A stretch of DNA of 64,000 bases from Raja brachyura (taxonomy: Eukaryota): contig OY740817.1 in the NCBI GenBank assembly GCA_963514005.1, positions 10,912,001 to 10,976,000 of the forward strand. The letters run 5' to 3'. Below the pieces are notes generated by a model that was given only the letters and a program-made list of their open reading frames with translations, searched no databases and was not told the DNA's origin. The position numbers were made by a program, and so were the translations under genes. Of this stretch, positions 10,213 through 23,132 are shown piece by piece. How positions within the stretch are numbered: position 1 is the first letter of the stretch; each line of letters begins with the position of its first letter.

Positions 10213-13200
10213 TCGAAGGAAATTATTCCAGGACTAATTTCAGCAACCCCCCCAGTAGGCAATGCTCATTTCTGAAACAGATGAATGTGGTCTCCAATTT
10301 TTCTCAGAGACTGGAGCACTAACATCTAGGCCAATGATCCTTTACCGCACTGTGGGGGTTCTGTCTTTATTAAAAGGCATATAACTGAGGTCTCATCTGC
10401 TTTCTCACGTAAAAGTTCTCATGGCAAGTATTTAATGAAACGATGAGGTGATGTACCCAGTGCTAATCTTCCCAGTCAATATCAGCAACACAATTCATCC
10501 AATTATGACTTTGCTGTTTGTGGGAGGTTTCCATGTATAAATTGCATATTTGCTGTAATTACCTGGATTATAACAGTGGTTACACTTCAAAAGTAGTCAT
10601 TGCCCCAAAATACTGCACATTCTGAAAGAAATTTGGAAGACTTTGTAGAGGTTTTGGTTGTCCTCTCACATTATTAGCGGACAAATTATTTAATATGTTA
10701 TGACTACCTCAATTTGCATTGATCACCTTGTAACGTAGATATTTTTCCAGTTTTTAGTACAAAATGAATTGTAATAAATTTGATAGCTATTCACCCCAAG
10801 GGGTCTCCCTATTTTCTTGACAATGGATTGCATTAATTTTGTTTGAGATCTGTGCTTCAATCTAAGAAACTTTAAACACGATTGTTGCCCTTGTATGAAT
10901 AAATACTTTATGCCAGCTCTCCCATCTTCCAAATTACAATTGAGTTACAGCCCTACACAAAAACCTGGCAGCGGGTGCGATCTGATGCCAGGACGTCCAG
11001 ATTGCAGTTTATGCATACACAGGCTTCTTTGTATTGTACAAGTTGTACCTCCCCTTGCTGGGAAAAGAATCTCTGGATTTCATAAGAATGTTACAAGTTT
11101 CTATCTGATCATAATAACCAACAGAAGAGATCCTTGTTTTTGGAATCTTGAGTTGGTGTGCATATTGATTAAACTAAGTAAACCTAATTGGAAGTGTGTT
11201 TAAATCTGAGCCAGCATTCTTCTTTGCGGTATTAACAAAACACTGTGGAAAGTGTAACTGATTCCTTCTGGTCAATGGAAGATTTTTGTAATGATTTTTC
11301 AAAAATGTTATTAACATGGCTTGCTTCCAGTTGTTAGCTGACAGCAGTGCTCACAACTTTGAGCTTAAAATACAAACAGCACCCTTGGATTTGGCTGTGT
11401 TAGCTAAATGGAAAGATCCTATCTTTCATGTAACGTGCTTGTCTGCAGTATTTCCTTTAACAATGGTGACCATTGCAAGCTGACTTTATTTTTCTGGTGC
11501 ATTGTCTGCAGTTCCATGGGGATATCCAACTTTGGTTTCCTAAATATCAGCACTCTGCAGTGCAGTTGCAAAGCAGCAAGCAAAACTTAATGCCCCGTTA
11601 TAAAGGTGAATGGGAAATTAGTGTTTCATTTGAGCTACTGCCATACCACTTTTTAAATTTTTTTATGGGGTTTAAAATAGTTGCTGATAAGAGCAAAAGT
11701 AGTGAATTAAATCAACATCTGTAAGTCTGCAGGACATTCAGGTACTTTTTTTCCATCTGTATTTGTGCCTATCCAAATAGAGATTTGATCCCATATTTTG
11801 ATATGCCTCTGATTGACAGATTCAACATGCATCAGGTAAATAAAACATTTCAGTTTCACTTATCAGGTCACTTCAGAGTAAATGTAACTGAGCCGAGCAG
11901 TACTGTCTGAAGTGAGCTGGGATGGGAGGGCAAATGCAGGCTGGTGGAAGGGAATTGGTTGTTGGAGTTTAGGGCAGGTCATGCTACAGGGAATGAGGGA
12001 AGTGTTGGGTGCTAATTGCTAGCTGAGAGTACTGGGGAAGGGCATTGCTGACTAACGTCGAGGAGAAACCAGGATCTGAGCATTGAATCCATGCCAGAAT
12101 GGCAACAGATAGTCCAACGGGTTTAGCAAATTTTGCAGAAGATATTAAGGATTTGACCCTGGTCTAAATGTTAAAATTCCAGCTATTTCAATTGTCGGCA
12201 TTCAAAAGGTTTTTTCCATTGGCTGAATGATTTGAAAACCTTGTGTTTAATTATCGACAATGAGAAACAAGCCGATTTATTTATGGCTGCCATTCATTGG
12301 GTTTTCCCACAGCTTTAACCCCAAATTGCTCACCTGAAAGACCATTGGATAAGAGCTTGTTTGTAAAGCTGTTATTTTCCATCACCAAAACCACGTTTAA
12401 AAATAGCCACTTGAGCAATCTGCTTATTGGAAAGCTTCTGGGATACTCAATCATACTGTGTTCCTTTGAGGAAAATATATTTCCTGCAATTGCTGCATTT
12501 TGTCCTCTGCTGGTTAATAAATTGCAGCAACTTAGAGTTTGGCGTGTAATAGGTGAATTAGATGAATATTGTATGACAATGACTATCGTACGACCGAGTG
12601 AGTGACAGATTGGAACTGAGCTCGGTGTGCTCCATATGCAGGAAGCCACGTGAGTAGAGCAATGACTGTTTATGTAAAAGGAGCTGTAAGCTTTAAAATC
12701 CAATAAAACTTGGAATTTTCATCAAGTTCCAGTGAAGATCATTTTGCCTGTTTTCGATTAGACACTTTCAAACGCAGCTCAACAAAAGACTACCGCTTTT
12801 AATTTGGAAATTTCTGGAATCCGTGGATTTGAGCTTCATATTGTGACACTATTTTCCTGTCCATTGCTTAATCTTTTAGCAAGGTTCCTGGATTCAATAT
12901 TGTACTAGTGTTTACCTTCAGTGAGCTTGAATAACAGAGTTACATCACCGTGATTGGGGATCCCTGATAACATACTGTTTCTATTTACTTGATCTATGGA
13001 AATACTAAACAGGAAATGTTTTAATTGTACTGCTTAAAAGCCAATTCAGGATTTAGGACAGATGCCAATGTTTTGTGCACCGAGAAACATGTTTGTTTAT
13101 AGCTGTGTGTAACTTTCCCTTTTAACTTTAATTTTGTTATCATGCTTTCAAACAGCTGATTAATTGCTGCAGGGATTTTTTTTTTTCCTTTTCTCAGTTG

Positions 13201-13511
13201 ACCACACTTGATACTTACTGATATATGACCTTTCTGTTCTGTCTCAGTTATTAAAAGGTTGACTAACCATGAAGCTGTCTTCAGTGATTTTATTTTTTTA
13301 TCTTGAAAGCTTATTTATAAATTGGTTTAAATTCTTACTTTCTGAGTCATTCTCTAGTTAATTCTAGGAATCTTTGATTTACTTGCCAGTTTGAAGCAGT
13401 AAACAAGCAGTAATGTCTGTGCTATTTAACATTTATTTTATAGTGCTATCATATGGCTAAGGAAAAAGAAAACTTATCAATTATATAAAATACTGAATAT
13501 GAATTTTTCAG

Positions 13512-13696
13512 GTTCAAAATCAATGCAGGATGGATGGGGAGGTAGTGATCGACCTACTGTGGCAAATACTCGTCCCCAAAGCTGGGAAGAAGATGATGAT
13601 AATTCAATGGGCCTGTGGAACAGTACTGGAACTCAGGAGAGTAGTTCACCCTACAACTCAGCTAACTGGACCTCAGGCGGGAAGAAAATTCACAAG
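13512..13696 (+). CDS. TNRC6B: TNRC6B exon ([11 protein letters not shown]...GGKKIHK)
   Basis: Acceptor tttttcag, donor AAG|gtaag, phase 1-0. SKSMQDGW is conserved in TNRC6 proteins. Confidence 0.95.
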
Positions 13697-13974
13697 GTAA
13701 GAAAGGAAAAGTTCTGTGAAAATAAGCAGTTCGCAAAGTGCCTTCTTATTTTTGGGAACTTGGTGCCTGAACGGTGTTCAGACAGAAATCGAGGCAGCGT
13801 CTTGCTCTGTGTGGCATTCCTCATGATGATAGTTAGTTCTTGGAAACTTTGATTTACTTGCAGGTTTGAAGAAGTGAACAAGCTGTAATATCTGTGCGAT
13901 TTAACCTCGATATTTGATAGTGCCATTGAATGATACATGCATTGTCAGTAAAAAAAACAAAAAACTTTTTGCCG

Positions 13975-14140
13975 GCTGAGTGGTTCTGGCCTTTTCTCGC
14001 CTCCAGTTTATTTTTCCTCCTTCCCTACACCTCTCCTTCCAGTCTGAAGAAAGGTTCCATCTCGAAACATCACTTATTCTTTTTCTCCGGAGATGCTGCC
14101 TGACCCATTGAGTTACTCCTGCATTTTGTGTCTATCCTCG
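13975..14140 (+). mobile_element. Penelope-like terminal repeat with hammerhead core
   Basis: agt-CTGAAGA-aaggttccatctc-GAAA-ca-TC-act at 14041-14074, followed by the family body. Confidence 0.65.
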
Positions 14141-15584
14141 AAGAAAACCTGGCAATAGTGAGAGGGGTGGGAAGCTTTGGGAATACATCCAATTTACTGT
14201 AATCTGCAAAAAAAAACACCTCGCGATCTGAGGTAATGTTAACATTGTAACAATGTAACTTGTTTGCTAGCCAACTTCCTGGGCACCTTCCGGTATTTCA
14301 ATTTTCCAACGTAACGGTTCATGCATCCATTTATAGTTACAATAGCTCAAAATCCCAATCTAACAAGTTTTGTAAGGTGTGGTGGGGAGGGGGGGGGGGG
14401 GGAAGTGGTTGACAAGAGAGAGTTCTGTCTTGAGCGAATCCAAATTATTTTTAGATTCACATGTGGTTGTGCAATTTCCTCAGTGCAAATTTATAGTTCA
14501 AGGTCAAGGGTCAGTTTATTGTCACATGTACCAATTAAGGTACAGTGAAATTTGATTACCATACCGCCATACTAAAAAAAGCAACAAGACACACAACTAC
14601 ATAAAAGTTAACATAAACATCCACCACAGCGGATTCCACATTCCTCAGGGAATAAAGTCAATTTTCTTCCCTCTTTGTTCTCCCGGGGTCGGGGAGTCGA
14701 TGAAATAGTAATGAAGTTTTAATGAAAATAATTAAAAATGCTAAGTTCATGTTATTTTTTGAAATTGTGCGACATTGTTATTTTGTCTCCATGTCTGATT
14801 TGAATCATTAGTACTGATAAAAATTATATAATTTTGATCATAGTAGTCACTATGTGGAGTTTGTTCTAGTTTAGCAGTAAGCAGATTGCAGCGACTTGCT
14901 GTGAGATAATCTATCATCCGTATCCCAGCACTGTATAAGTACAACTCAAACTAGAGCTAAGCAGTTACTACCTAATAGCAGTGAGAATGTTCCTCCAGTA
15001 CTTTTTTCCCTTGAATTTTTCTGAGCTGTAACACCCAACAGTCTGCATCTATTCCACACGTGTTGGCATTAAATTGTTGGCTTGTTTCAATTTCAATTAG
15101 AAAGGGTTGACTTCAGGCAACCCCCTCTGTTACAAGCAAGTTGCATTTCTAGTAATCGGCCTGCACTGTGATTTTCTGTAACACAAAATTGCATTAGCTG
15201 CCCATATGTTTGGAAACGCAAATTTAACAATAAAATATGTGTAGTTATATACGTTTTTCAGCACAAACTCTGGGAGATAAAATTTTATTCTGCTCCTCAA
15301 ACATTTGGGTGGTGATTTGTGAAGGCCAAATTTCTGTAACTCAAATGGCTATAACACAAGATTTGCCTGCATTGTGAAGAAATAGGAATTCTGTAGTGAT
15401 ATCTTTATGACAGAGGAAATAAGAGCAGATAGGGTCATATGGGCCATCAAGTTTGCTGCATCATTCAATGCCCAAAGGTCTATCCCACTCAGTGCTCTAA
15501 AGCATGTTACATATTCCAAAAAGATTATCTTGCATGCATGTAAATCCCAGTAATAAGACCTTTACTGCAATTGAGGGAGCTTAT

Positions 15585-16620
15585 TTCTATAAGGTGTTTG
15601 ACAAAGTGCCACATCAAAGGCTGTTGCACAAATAAGAGCTTGTGAGGCTGAGAAATGTGTGTTAATGGGTTTTAAAAACTGATTATCATTAATTGGTATA
15701 AATGCCCTTTTCATGCTGGAAGTGTGGCAATAGTGGAAGGCTCCAATGATTGGCTCTTGTCGCTTGATCATTTTGTATCTATATTGATGATTTAGGGGAG
15801 GGGAGTGAGTACAAGGCATTAGAATTTTCTGATGACGTGAAAAATGGTTGGAGAGCATGCTGTTATGAGGATACTATGCTGTAGGACATATCTTGAGTGA
15901 GTGGTAGAAACTTGGCAAATGGAGTTTAACATGGGTAAGTGTGAGGTCTATACTTTGGAGTGAAGAAATGAAGGAAATCGATTATTTAAAATGCAAATGA
16001 GTGAAGTAGAAAGAGGTCTGGGTATTATTGTGCATGAATTGCAAAAGGTTAGTAGGCAGCTGCACCAAGTAGATAGGATAGCCTTTATTGTAAGTGATTT
16101 GGAGTTTAGAAATAGAGTAGTATTGTTATAATTGTACTTTGATTTGAATTACTGTATTCAATTTTTGTTTCTTTATGTAATAACAATTTACCAGCATCAA
16201 AGCTGTCCAAAAAGATGCTCATTTTTAATCATGGGGTCGGCGGATTGTCCTATCACAAACGTTCTTTTGAGTTAGAAGAATAAGAGTGATCTTATTGAAA
16301 CAGATATGATCTTCAGAGAGCAGGGTCAGATGTTAAGCTGTTTCCATTATACAGAGATGTTGAAGCATGGGGACATTGTTACAGGAAAAGGTATGCCAAT
16401 TTAAAACTGAGGTGCAAGGAATTTTTCTTATCAAGAGTGTTGAACTTCATGGAATTATCTACCACCGAGGGTTGTGGGCTTGATTCACTATAGGTTTTTA
16501 AAGAGTATTTAAAGGGAACTGAGGGCAATGTGGATCAGGCACAGAAGAGGAGAAGTAGCTTGGGACAGATTAGGTGCGATTGCCTTGACTGGTGGAGTTT
16601 GAGTTGATCCATTCTGCTCC
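15585..16620 (+). mobile_element. Decayed CR1 LINE ORF2 (RT) and 3' end
   Basis: Translates FDKVPHQRLLHK near 15598 and WQMEFNMGKCEV near 15914. Many stops and frameshifts. Confidence 0.8.
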
Positions 16621-16634
16621 TGTTTTCTGGGAGG

Positions 16635-16835
16635 GGCCCCCTTGCCAGTTCTCCCACCAGTCTTACTGTCTATCTCTGTCCCGCCCACTCCCCTGACATC
16701 AGTCTGAAGAAGGGTTTAGACCTGAAACGCCATCCATTCCTTCGCTCCAGTGATGCTGCCTGTCCCACTGAGTTACTCCAGCATTTTGTGTCTACCTTCG
16801 ATTTTAAACCAGCATCTGCAGTTCTTTCCTACACA
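16635..16835 (+). mobile_element. Penelope-like terminal repeat with hammerhead core
   Basis: CTGAAGA-a-gggt-ttag-acct-GAAA-cg-cc at 16704-16731, followed by the family body. Confidence 0.65.
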
Positions 16836-17315
16836 GAGTGGCCTGTGGTAACTGTTTGGGTAAAATGCTGTTGCTGCATGATGATTCATTTTGTATCAAA
16901 ATTAATGATAAACCATGAGGAAGCATTAGTTTAAATGTATACATATCACCTGTGATAATGTGTGTCCTGTAATTTCACGAAATGGGCTTTCATTTTGGAA
17001 GATTTAGATTACTTTTTTGCAAAAAAGCATTGAGGTTTAAAATATATAAGTGGTGAAGTGATCCTTTATGTGACCCATTCCATGAAATTTGACAAAATGG
17101 TAAATACTAGGGCTACTTGCACAATCTTGGGGAAGAGGAACAAATAGCAGATAGATTTAAATCAGCTGAATGATCAGATTGGATTAATTAGAGACTATTA
17201 CCATCAGAAATCTGAAGAAGATTAGAAAATCCACAGCAATAGTGTCTGAAATAAGAAGACAGCTCAATATTTCAACTCTGATGATTACTCTCGTTTCACT
17301 GCCTCTTTCCTCCAG

Positions 17316-17390
17316 GGCTCCATGAAAGGTGGGAACAATGACACATGGATAAACCCCCTCTCTTCGCAATTTTCCAAAATGGGATTACTG
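17316..17390 (+). CDS. TNRC6B: TNRC6B exon ([25 protein letters not shown]), start of the degenerate UBA-like region
   Basis: Acceptor ctttcctccag, donor CTG|gtaag, 75 bp, phase 0-0. Confidence 0.93.
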
Positions 17391-19018
17391 GTAAGATCAG
17401 CTTTACAGAACATGCTGAAGCCTTGATGTACCGCTTTGCCAGTTAAATTTATCACATTAAGCCAATTGCTGATTAGCCTTATTACTGTAAACCTCATGAA
17501 AAAATAGTTTTGTGACAAAAAATAGACTGAAATGATCTGCAATACAAGTTAAACAGAAAGTCACTGCAAACTTATTTCCTATTGCAAATAATGTGTTGTT
17601 TATTTGTTGCAATGCAAACTGCACAGCAGAAGACAACCACAAGCTTTAAGGTGCAATTTACTTCCTTTGCATTGTCCTCAATTTGTTACCCCAAATTGCA
17701 CCAACACTTATTGCCACCACTAGTATTATGTCTTTACACTGTAGAGCTTTAACCTGGTGTTATATAGCACAAAATGTAACCTACTTGATCTTGCTGCAGC
17801 ATAAATTTAGATGGGAAGGATCGATAATTATGCCACTGGGTGCTTTTAACCGTCCAAATGGACTGCATATAAGAATACAGTGATCCAGGAAGATTTATAC
17901 AGCTCATTTTGGTATGTTTTCTACTGCAGCCAACACAACCTCTATGTCACAAGAGGCTTAGAGTAATGAGCCTTGGTCAGCAGAGGCTTACTGTTGTAAA
18001 TTACACACACTAATCCTAGTGACGACATTGGGATGACATGATCTGCAGTTCTGTTATGATTATGGCATCAAGTTCAGAAACTGTAAAATGTTGCATTGGG
18101 TCATATTTGTTTATTGATTCCTCAAGTCCCTTACATGACAGATAATTTGTAATCTTTACCATTAAGCTTTACTACCATAATCTGTCTTAATACCTCGCAA
18201 GCCAGCTGCGTTCAGGCAATATATAAAATAAAGTGCCAATGTTGGGTTACAGCCAACATTTATATATTTTTAAAACAGTCTTTAAAATGATTGGTGTTAT
18301 ATTGTATGTTTTGTGGTTATCCCTAGGGATTACAGCTACTAGCTTTCAGCCCTGAGGTTTGATGGGAGACACCAATATTAGTTGTTGCTAGGAAAAAGAG
18401 CTAAATACACAGAGAAACTTGAGTTTCTTGGGCGATGTTAAGCAGGAGGGTAGGATTTGTTATATATTGTATAAAAGGAGAAGAAGCATATCTGTAAGGT
18501 TTTTGTTATGTTTACCAATATAATTTTTAACCTGCTTACCATTTGATTCAGCTATGTCCAGAATGCAATTTTTCAATAAAGATTGCAATTAGTACACAGA
18601 TGCTTATTAGTGTATTTTACACTACGGTTTTTTTTACTAATCTGCCAATGCCTGTGCTTTAAATAAGCTAAGCAGTTAAATTAAAAATGTCTGGAGCTTT
18701 TTTTAAACTGGAAATCTATTCTATTTTAGAACACTTGAAAGTGAATGGTACATAGGTTTGTATCTTAATGATCACCATTTCAACTGGAGGTCAAATTCAA
18801 GTTTAACAATTGGATAAAACATTTTCCACTTTTACTGAATTCTGAGCAGACAGAAATGTAGAGCCTAAACTGCAGAACTAGATTGTCAAACATTTATACT
18901 TCCTACAGTTTCTGAGGATAGCTGTGGGTAAAATACATCTAGCAATGAGGGCTCCCAAGAAACTATATTTTTAAGTTGCCTATTATCTGCATTCATTGTG
19001 TCATTGTTCTATTTGCAG

Positions 19019-19067
19019 AGGGAGTCTTCCGAAGACAGCGTTGGTAACAAAATGGACTTAACTGTTG
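19019..19067 (+). CDS. TNRC6B: TNRC6B exon (RESSEDSVGNKMDLTV)
   Basis: Acceptor ttctatttgcag, donor TTG|gtgagt, 49 bp, phase 0-1. Matches the KMDLSV motif. Confidence 0.9.
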
Positions 19068-20425
19068 GTGAGTATTAAACGGGATATAGATGATTTATTT
19101 CAAACAGATAAATGATTGTAGCTCTGGTACCTGTGATAAATTGCGGTCTTATCGAGTGAAGCGCTGAGTTTGAAAATTGATGCGATTACAATCTTATTAC
19201 TGATTGCTGATTTTTATCAAGATGCAGTTCAGACTTCAATCAAAGCAGAAAAAGAAACATCTGATGCGTCCATGTTTTCGGATTTTATTTCAGATTTCAG
19301 CATCTGCAGTCTTTGTTTTGATTTTCTGGCTTTAATCACTTTCCCTTTTCTTCAATTGAAATCATAAAGTAAGATGGGTCAATCTTTAAGAATAAGCAAG
19401 CCACCTGCAGCCTATTAATAATAATAGTATCAATACTAAGGACAATGCACTCCAATTTTTCAGAAATATACGTATTTGTGTAAGAATGATAGATCGGTGT
19501 AATGGGCATGGAAAAATGCAGATTACTGTCAGCATTGGGGTACATGAGTGTTGGTAGTTACTACAAGAGGTTTTGAGCAAACGTTTTGTGGAGAGTGTAC
19601 AGGATTTTGAGGCTACAACTGGAGTTCTGTGGGGAATTTTGGTATCTGTACTTAATGAGAGAGTATTTCATAAAATAGGCACAAAATGCTGCAGAAATTA
19701 TCTTTGCCTTGAAGACCGTGCACTTGATTGATTCTTGGGATTAAGAGAACCTGTCTTGTATCTGGGTTTAGGGAGAATGAAAGGTGATCTGATTTAGATG
19801 TACCAGATTCCAAGGGTGACTAACAGTATCAATGTTTGGAAGCTGTTTCCTCAGTCTCACAAATGTAGAATTTGGGGAACAGTCTCAGAATAAGTGCTAA
19901 TTTTGGGCAAAGTAAAATCATTATATGCTATAAGTCCTAGAAATAAAAGGACACAAAAATTTGGTGCAACTCAACGTGTCAAGCAGCATCAATGGAAAAC
20001 ATGGAGCCATGTTCCCCAGAGATGCTGCCCGACCTGCTGAATTACTCCAGCACTGTGGGTCCTTTTGTGTAAACCAGCATGTGCAGTTCTGATTTTACTT
20101 CTTTGAAATCTTCAACTCCCCAGGGCTATGGCTGTGATTAATATATTTTTAAGAATAGAGATACGTGGAGATCCCATAGGACAGTGACCATGGATATTGA
20201 ATGATGAAGCAGACTTGAGGACATGTCTGGCCTACCACTGTCATGTGATATAAATACCGTTTATTTATTAAGCTCAGAACATGAATTAAAGCTGAGGTTT
20301 TCTGGTCATAATTACAATTTCTTCTAACAACTATATCCTGGACAGTTATCATATAGTTGTATCACTTTAAATGATGCATTTTAACTAGGTTCGTAGCTAT
20401 GGTTAAATTATTCTGTTTCTTTCAG

Positions 20426-20571
20426 GTGGTCTACCAGACAAAAAGCTGGAATCTGATAAACGTGGCATGAACATGGATTACAATGGAATGATGAGAAAGG
20501 AACGTTCTGGATTCCGGCCATCAAATTCCAAAGATTCGCCCACCACAGACAGTGGACCCTACTTTGAGAAG
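20426..20571 (+). CDS. TNRC6B: TNRC6B exon (GLPDKK...RKERSGFRP...DSGPYFEK)
   Basis: Acceptor ctgtttctttcag, donor AAG|gtgagg, phase 1-0. Confidence 0.95.
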
Positions 20572-21154
20572 GTGAGGTCTCCACTGATAGAGAATACTTG
20601 CATTTATATTACTTACCATTCTTCCATAAACATCCTAAAATCATTTATCTGGAACAGAACAAGGCGACCCAAATCTGATGGGATTGCGTCTTGGTTTAGG
20701 CCTGCTGTGTATGTTCTAATGAAATACTAGGGATTGGGCCGTGCTGCATTGGGCCAGCTCATCTTGTACTTGGTTCAGAGATATAGCAAGGAAGCGGGCC
20801 CTACAGCCCACCGAGTCCACACCGACCATTGATCACCTAGTCACACTATTTATGTAGAAACAAACAATTGCAGGTGCTGGTTAATACCAAAGATAGACAC
20901 TAAATGGTGGTGGTGGCAGGGATGGGAGGTGCATGATGTACTTCCTTAGATTGTCTTTATTTGGGTGTGACTTTGTATCATTTATGGCAGTCCAATATTC
21001 ATATATCTCTGGGTTGGGCACAGAAGAAAATAAATGATCTTGTGGAATTTGGATTGGGAGTGGTTGGATAAGGTTTAATTTACTATCTGAACAGACTTCT
21101 TCTCAAGTGAATTGACTTCATATCAGAGTGATGAGCAATCATGTTAACATTATG

Positions 21155-21780
21155 TTTAGAGATAGAGGTACAGTATTGAAACAGGCCCTTCGGCCTATCA
21201 AATCCACACTGACCATTAATTACTCATACACTAATTCCATGTCGATACGATACAATGGCACTTTATTGTCAGACCGAGGTCTGAAATTTGTTTATGCATA
21301 CAGCCATAGAATAAAATAAAGAACACAACACACAATAGAGTCCAACATAAAACATCCCCACACAGCAGAATCAAAAAGTTTCCCACTGTGAGGGAAGGCA
21401 CCAAAGTCAGTCATCTTCCTCAATGTTCACCCGTGGATGGGGCCTCCCAAGCCCGCCGCAGTCGTCACTATGGGCGGTCCGCCGCTCAGGCCCGCTCACT
21501 GGGATGATGGAACTCCGACGTCGGAACGGGAGGCCAACCTCGACGGCTTGGACCTCCGAATCGGCCGCTACCCACCGGAGTCATCCCACTTTCGCATCCT
21601 ACACACTTATGGCAATTTACAGAAGCTAATTTATCTACAATCGTGCACGTCTTTGCAGTGTGGGAGGAAACCCACAGGGAGAACGTACAAACTCCGTACA
21701 AACATCACCCGTAGTCAGAATCAAACCCGAGTCTCTGGTGCTGTAACGCAGCGACTCTACCGCCACGCCACTGTAGCTCA
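21155..21780 (-). mobile_element. V-domain tRNA SINE interrupted by a second repeat (~21245-21590)
   Basis: Reverse complement of the 43398 SINE at both ends. The internal insert is similar to the repeat at 14500-14700. Confidence 0.65.
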
Positions 21781-22202
21781 ACATTCATTGACTGAAAGGC
21801 CAGATAGACAGCAAATGATGGAAATCTCTAAAGATCATGTGGCATCATTAGAGGGGGAGAGAGAGATTTAATATTTTAGAATGAAAACCTACTGTCAGAA
21901 CTGGAAACGGTTACAAGTGCAAAGGGTTTTAATCATGTGGAAAGACAGGGATTGGGAGGGAAAAGAAAACTCTTGGTCTTTTGTGGCAGGCAAAATAAAT
22001 TAAATTATAAAAACAAAAGAGACCAGTATCTGAAGTATAAACTTTTCCAGACATACTTGCGTCATCAGATTTTATAATGGATTGTAGTTATAGGAAAAGG
22101 CGTAACCAGAGGGAGTGGAAATACGTCCTTGATACTATTTGGATCATTCGGTGGGAGCCTCAACATCCGGAACCCCCTCAGAAACCCATGAGCATTCAAG
22201 AC

Positions 22203-23132
22203 AGGGCAGCGCAGTGATGGAGTTGCTGCATCATAGCGCCGGAGTCCCGGGTTTGATCCTGGCTACGGGTGCTTGTCCGTACGGAGTTTGAACATTCTCG
22301 TGACCTGCTTAGGTTTTCTTCGAGAACTTCGGTTTTCTCCCACCCCTCAAGGGCATATAGGTTTGTAGGTTTGGTATACAAAGCTGCCAAGTAGTACGGA
22401 TTTTCCGTATTTTGTAACGGAAATGCAATAAGAATACGGATGTACGGATTAGCTTTGTAAAATACGGATTTTTTAAAAATCGGCCCAACTTCCTGTTTCA
22501 TCTTGCTGCTTAAAAAATGCAAGGATATAAAAAAGTCATACTGTAACTCTAAAAATTCTAGCAGATTAAATCTATCTATTTTAAATTTAAAGATCTGGAT
22601 GATTATTTTTGTAATCTTTGATCTGCCTGTCCCGCTGCAGGTTTAAACAGCGCTGTCAGTTTAGCGCTATGGGTTCTAATTATAGCGCTACCAGCTGGAG
22701 CACTATTGCCTTTACACATAGCGCTATGGCCACAGCGCTATGGGTCACAGACTGTTCTGAGAGGGAGGGAATAAGAGGGTGGGAGGAAAAAAAGGAGCGA
22801 GGGAGGGAAAGAGAGGAACGAGAGAGGGTGAGGCTTCCAAAATGGCTTCTACATCATCATCTGGTGCTAAAAGTAGGAAGCAGCCGTTCAAACTGAAGTA
22901 TACAAAAAACATTTTTTTCAGCAAAATGGCACTGCGTAAAAATACTGCTTTCCTCAGCAAAATACTGATTTTCAGGTACTAGAATACTGAAATGCTCTGA
23001 CAAAACTTGATAGCTCTGGGTATAAATGTAAAAATTGTTCCCAGTGTAGACTAGTATTAATGTGCGGGGATCGTTGGTCGGTGCGGACTCGGCGGCCGAA
23101 GGACCTGTTACTGCACTGTATATCTAAACTAA
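22203..23132 (+). mobile_element. V-domain tRNA SINE split by a MITE
   Basis: tRNA-like head with B-box gggtttgatcc, V-domain ggagtttg..ttctc, and tail tatctaaactaaac. Confidence 0.75.
22379..23018. mobile_element. Non-autonomous TIR element (MITE) with 6-bp TSD
   Basis: Imperfect TIRs CAAAGCTGCCAAGT and ACTTGATAGCTCTG. GGTATA duplicated at 22373-22378 and 23019-23024. Subterminal TACGGA and AATACTG repeats. Confidence 0.75.

Noticed and set aside
12281-12703. 140-aa minus-strand ORF
   Set aside because: No recognisable motif, non-ATG start, and intronic antisense position.
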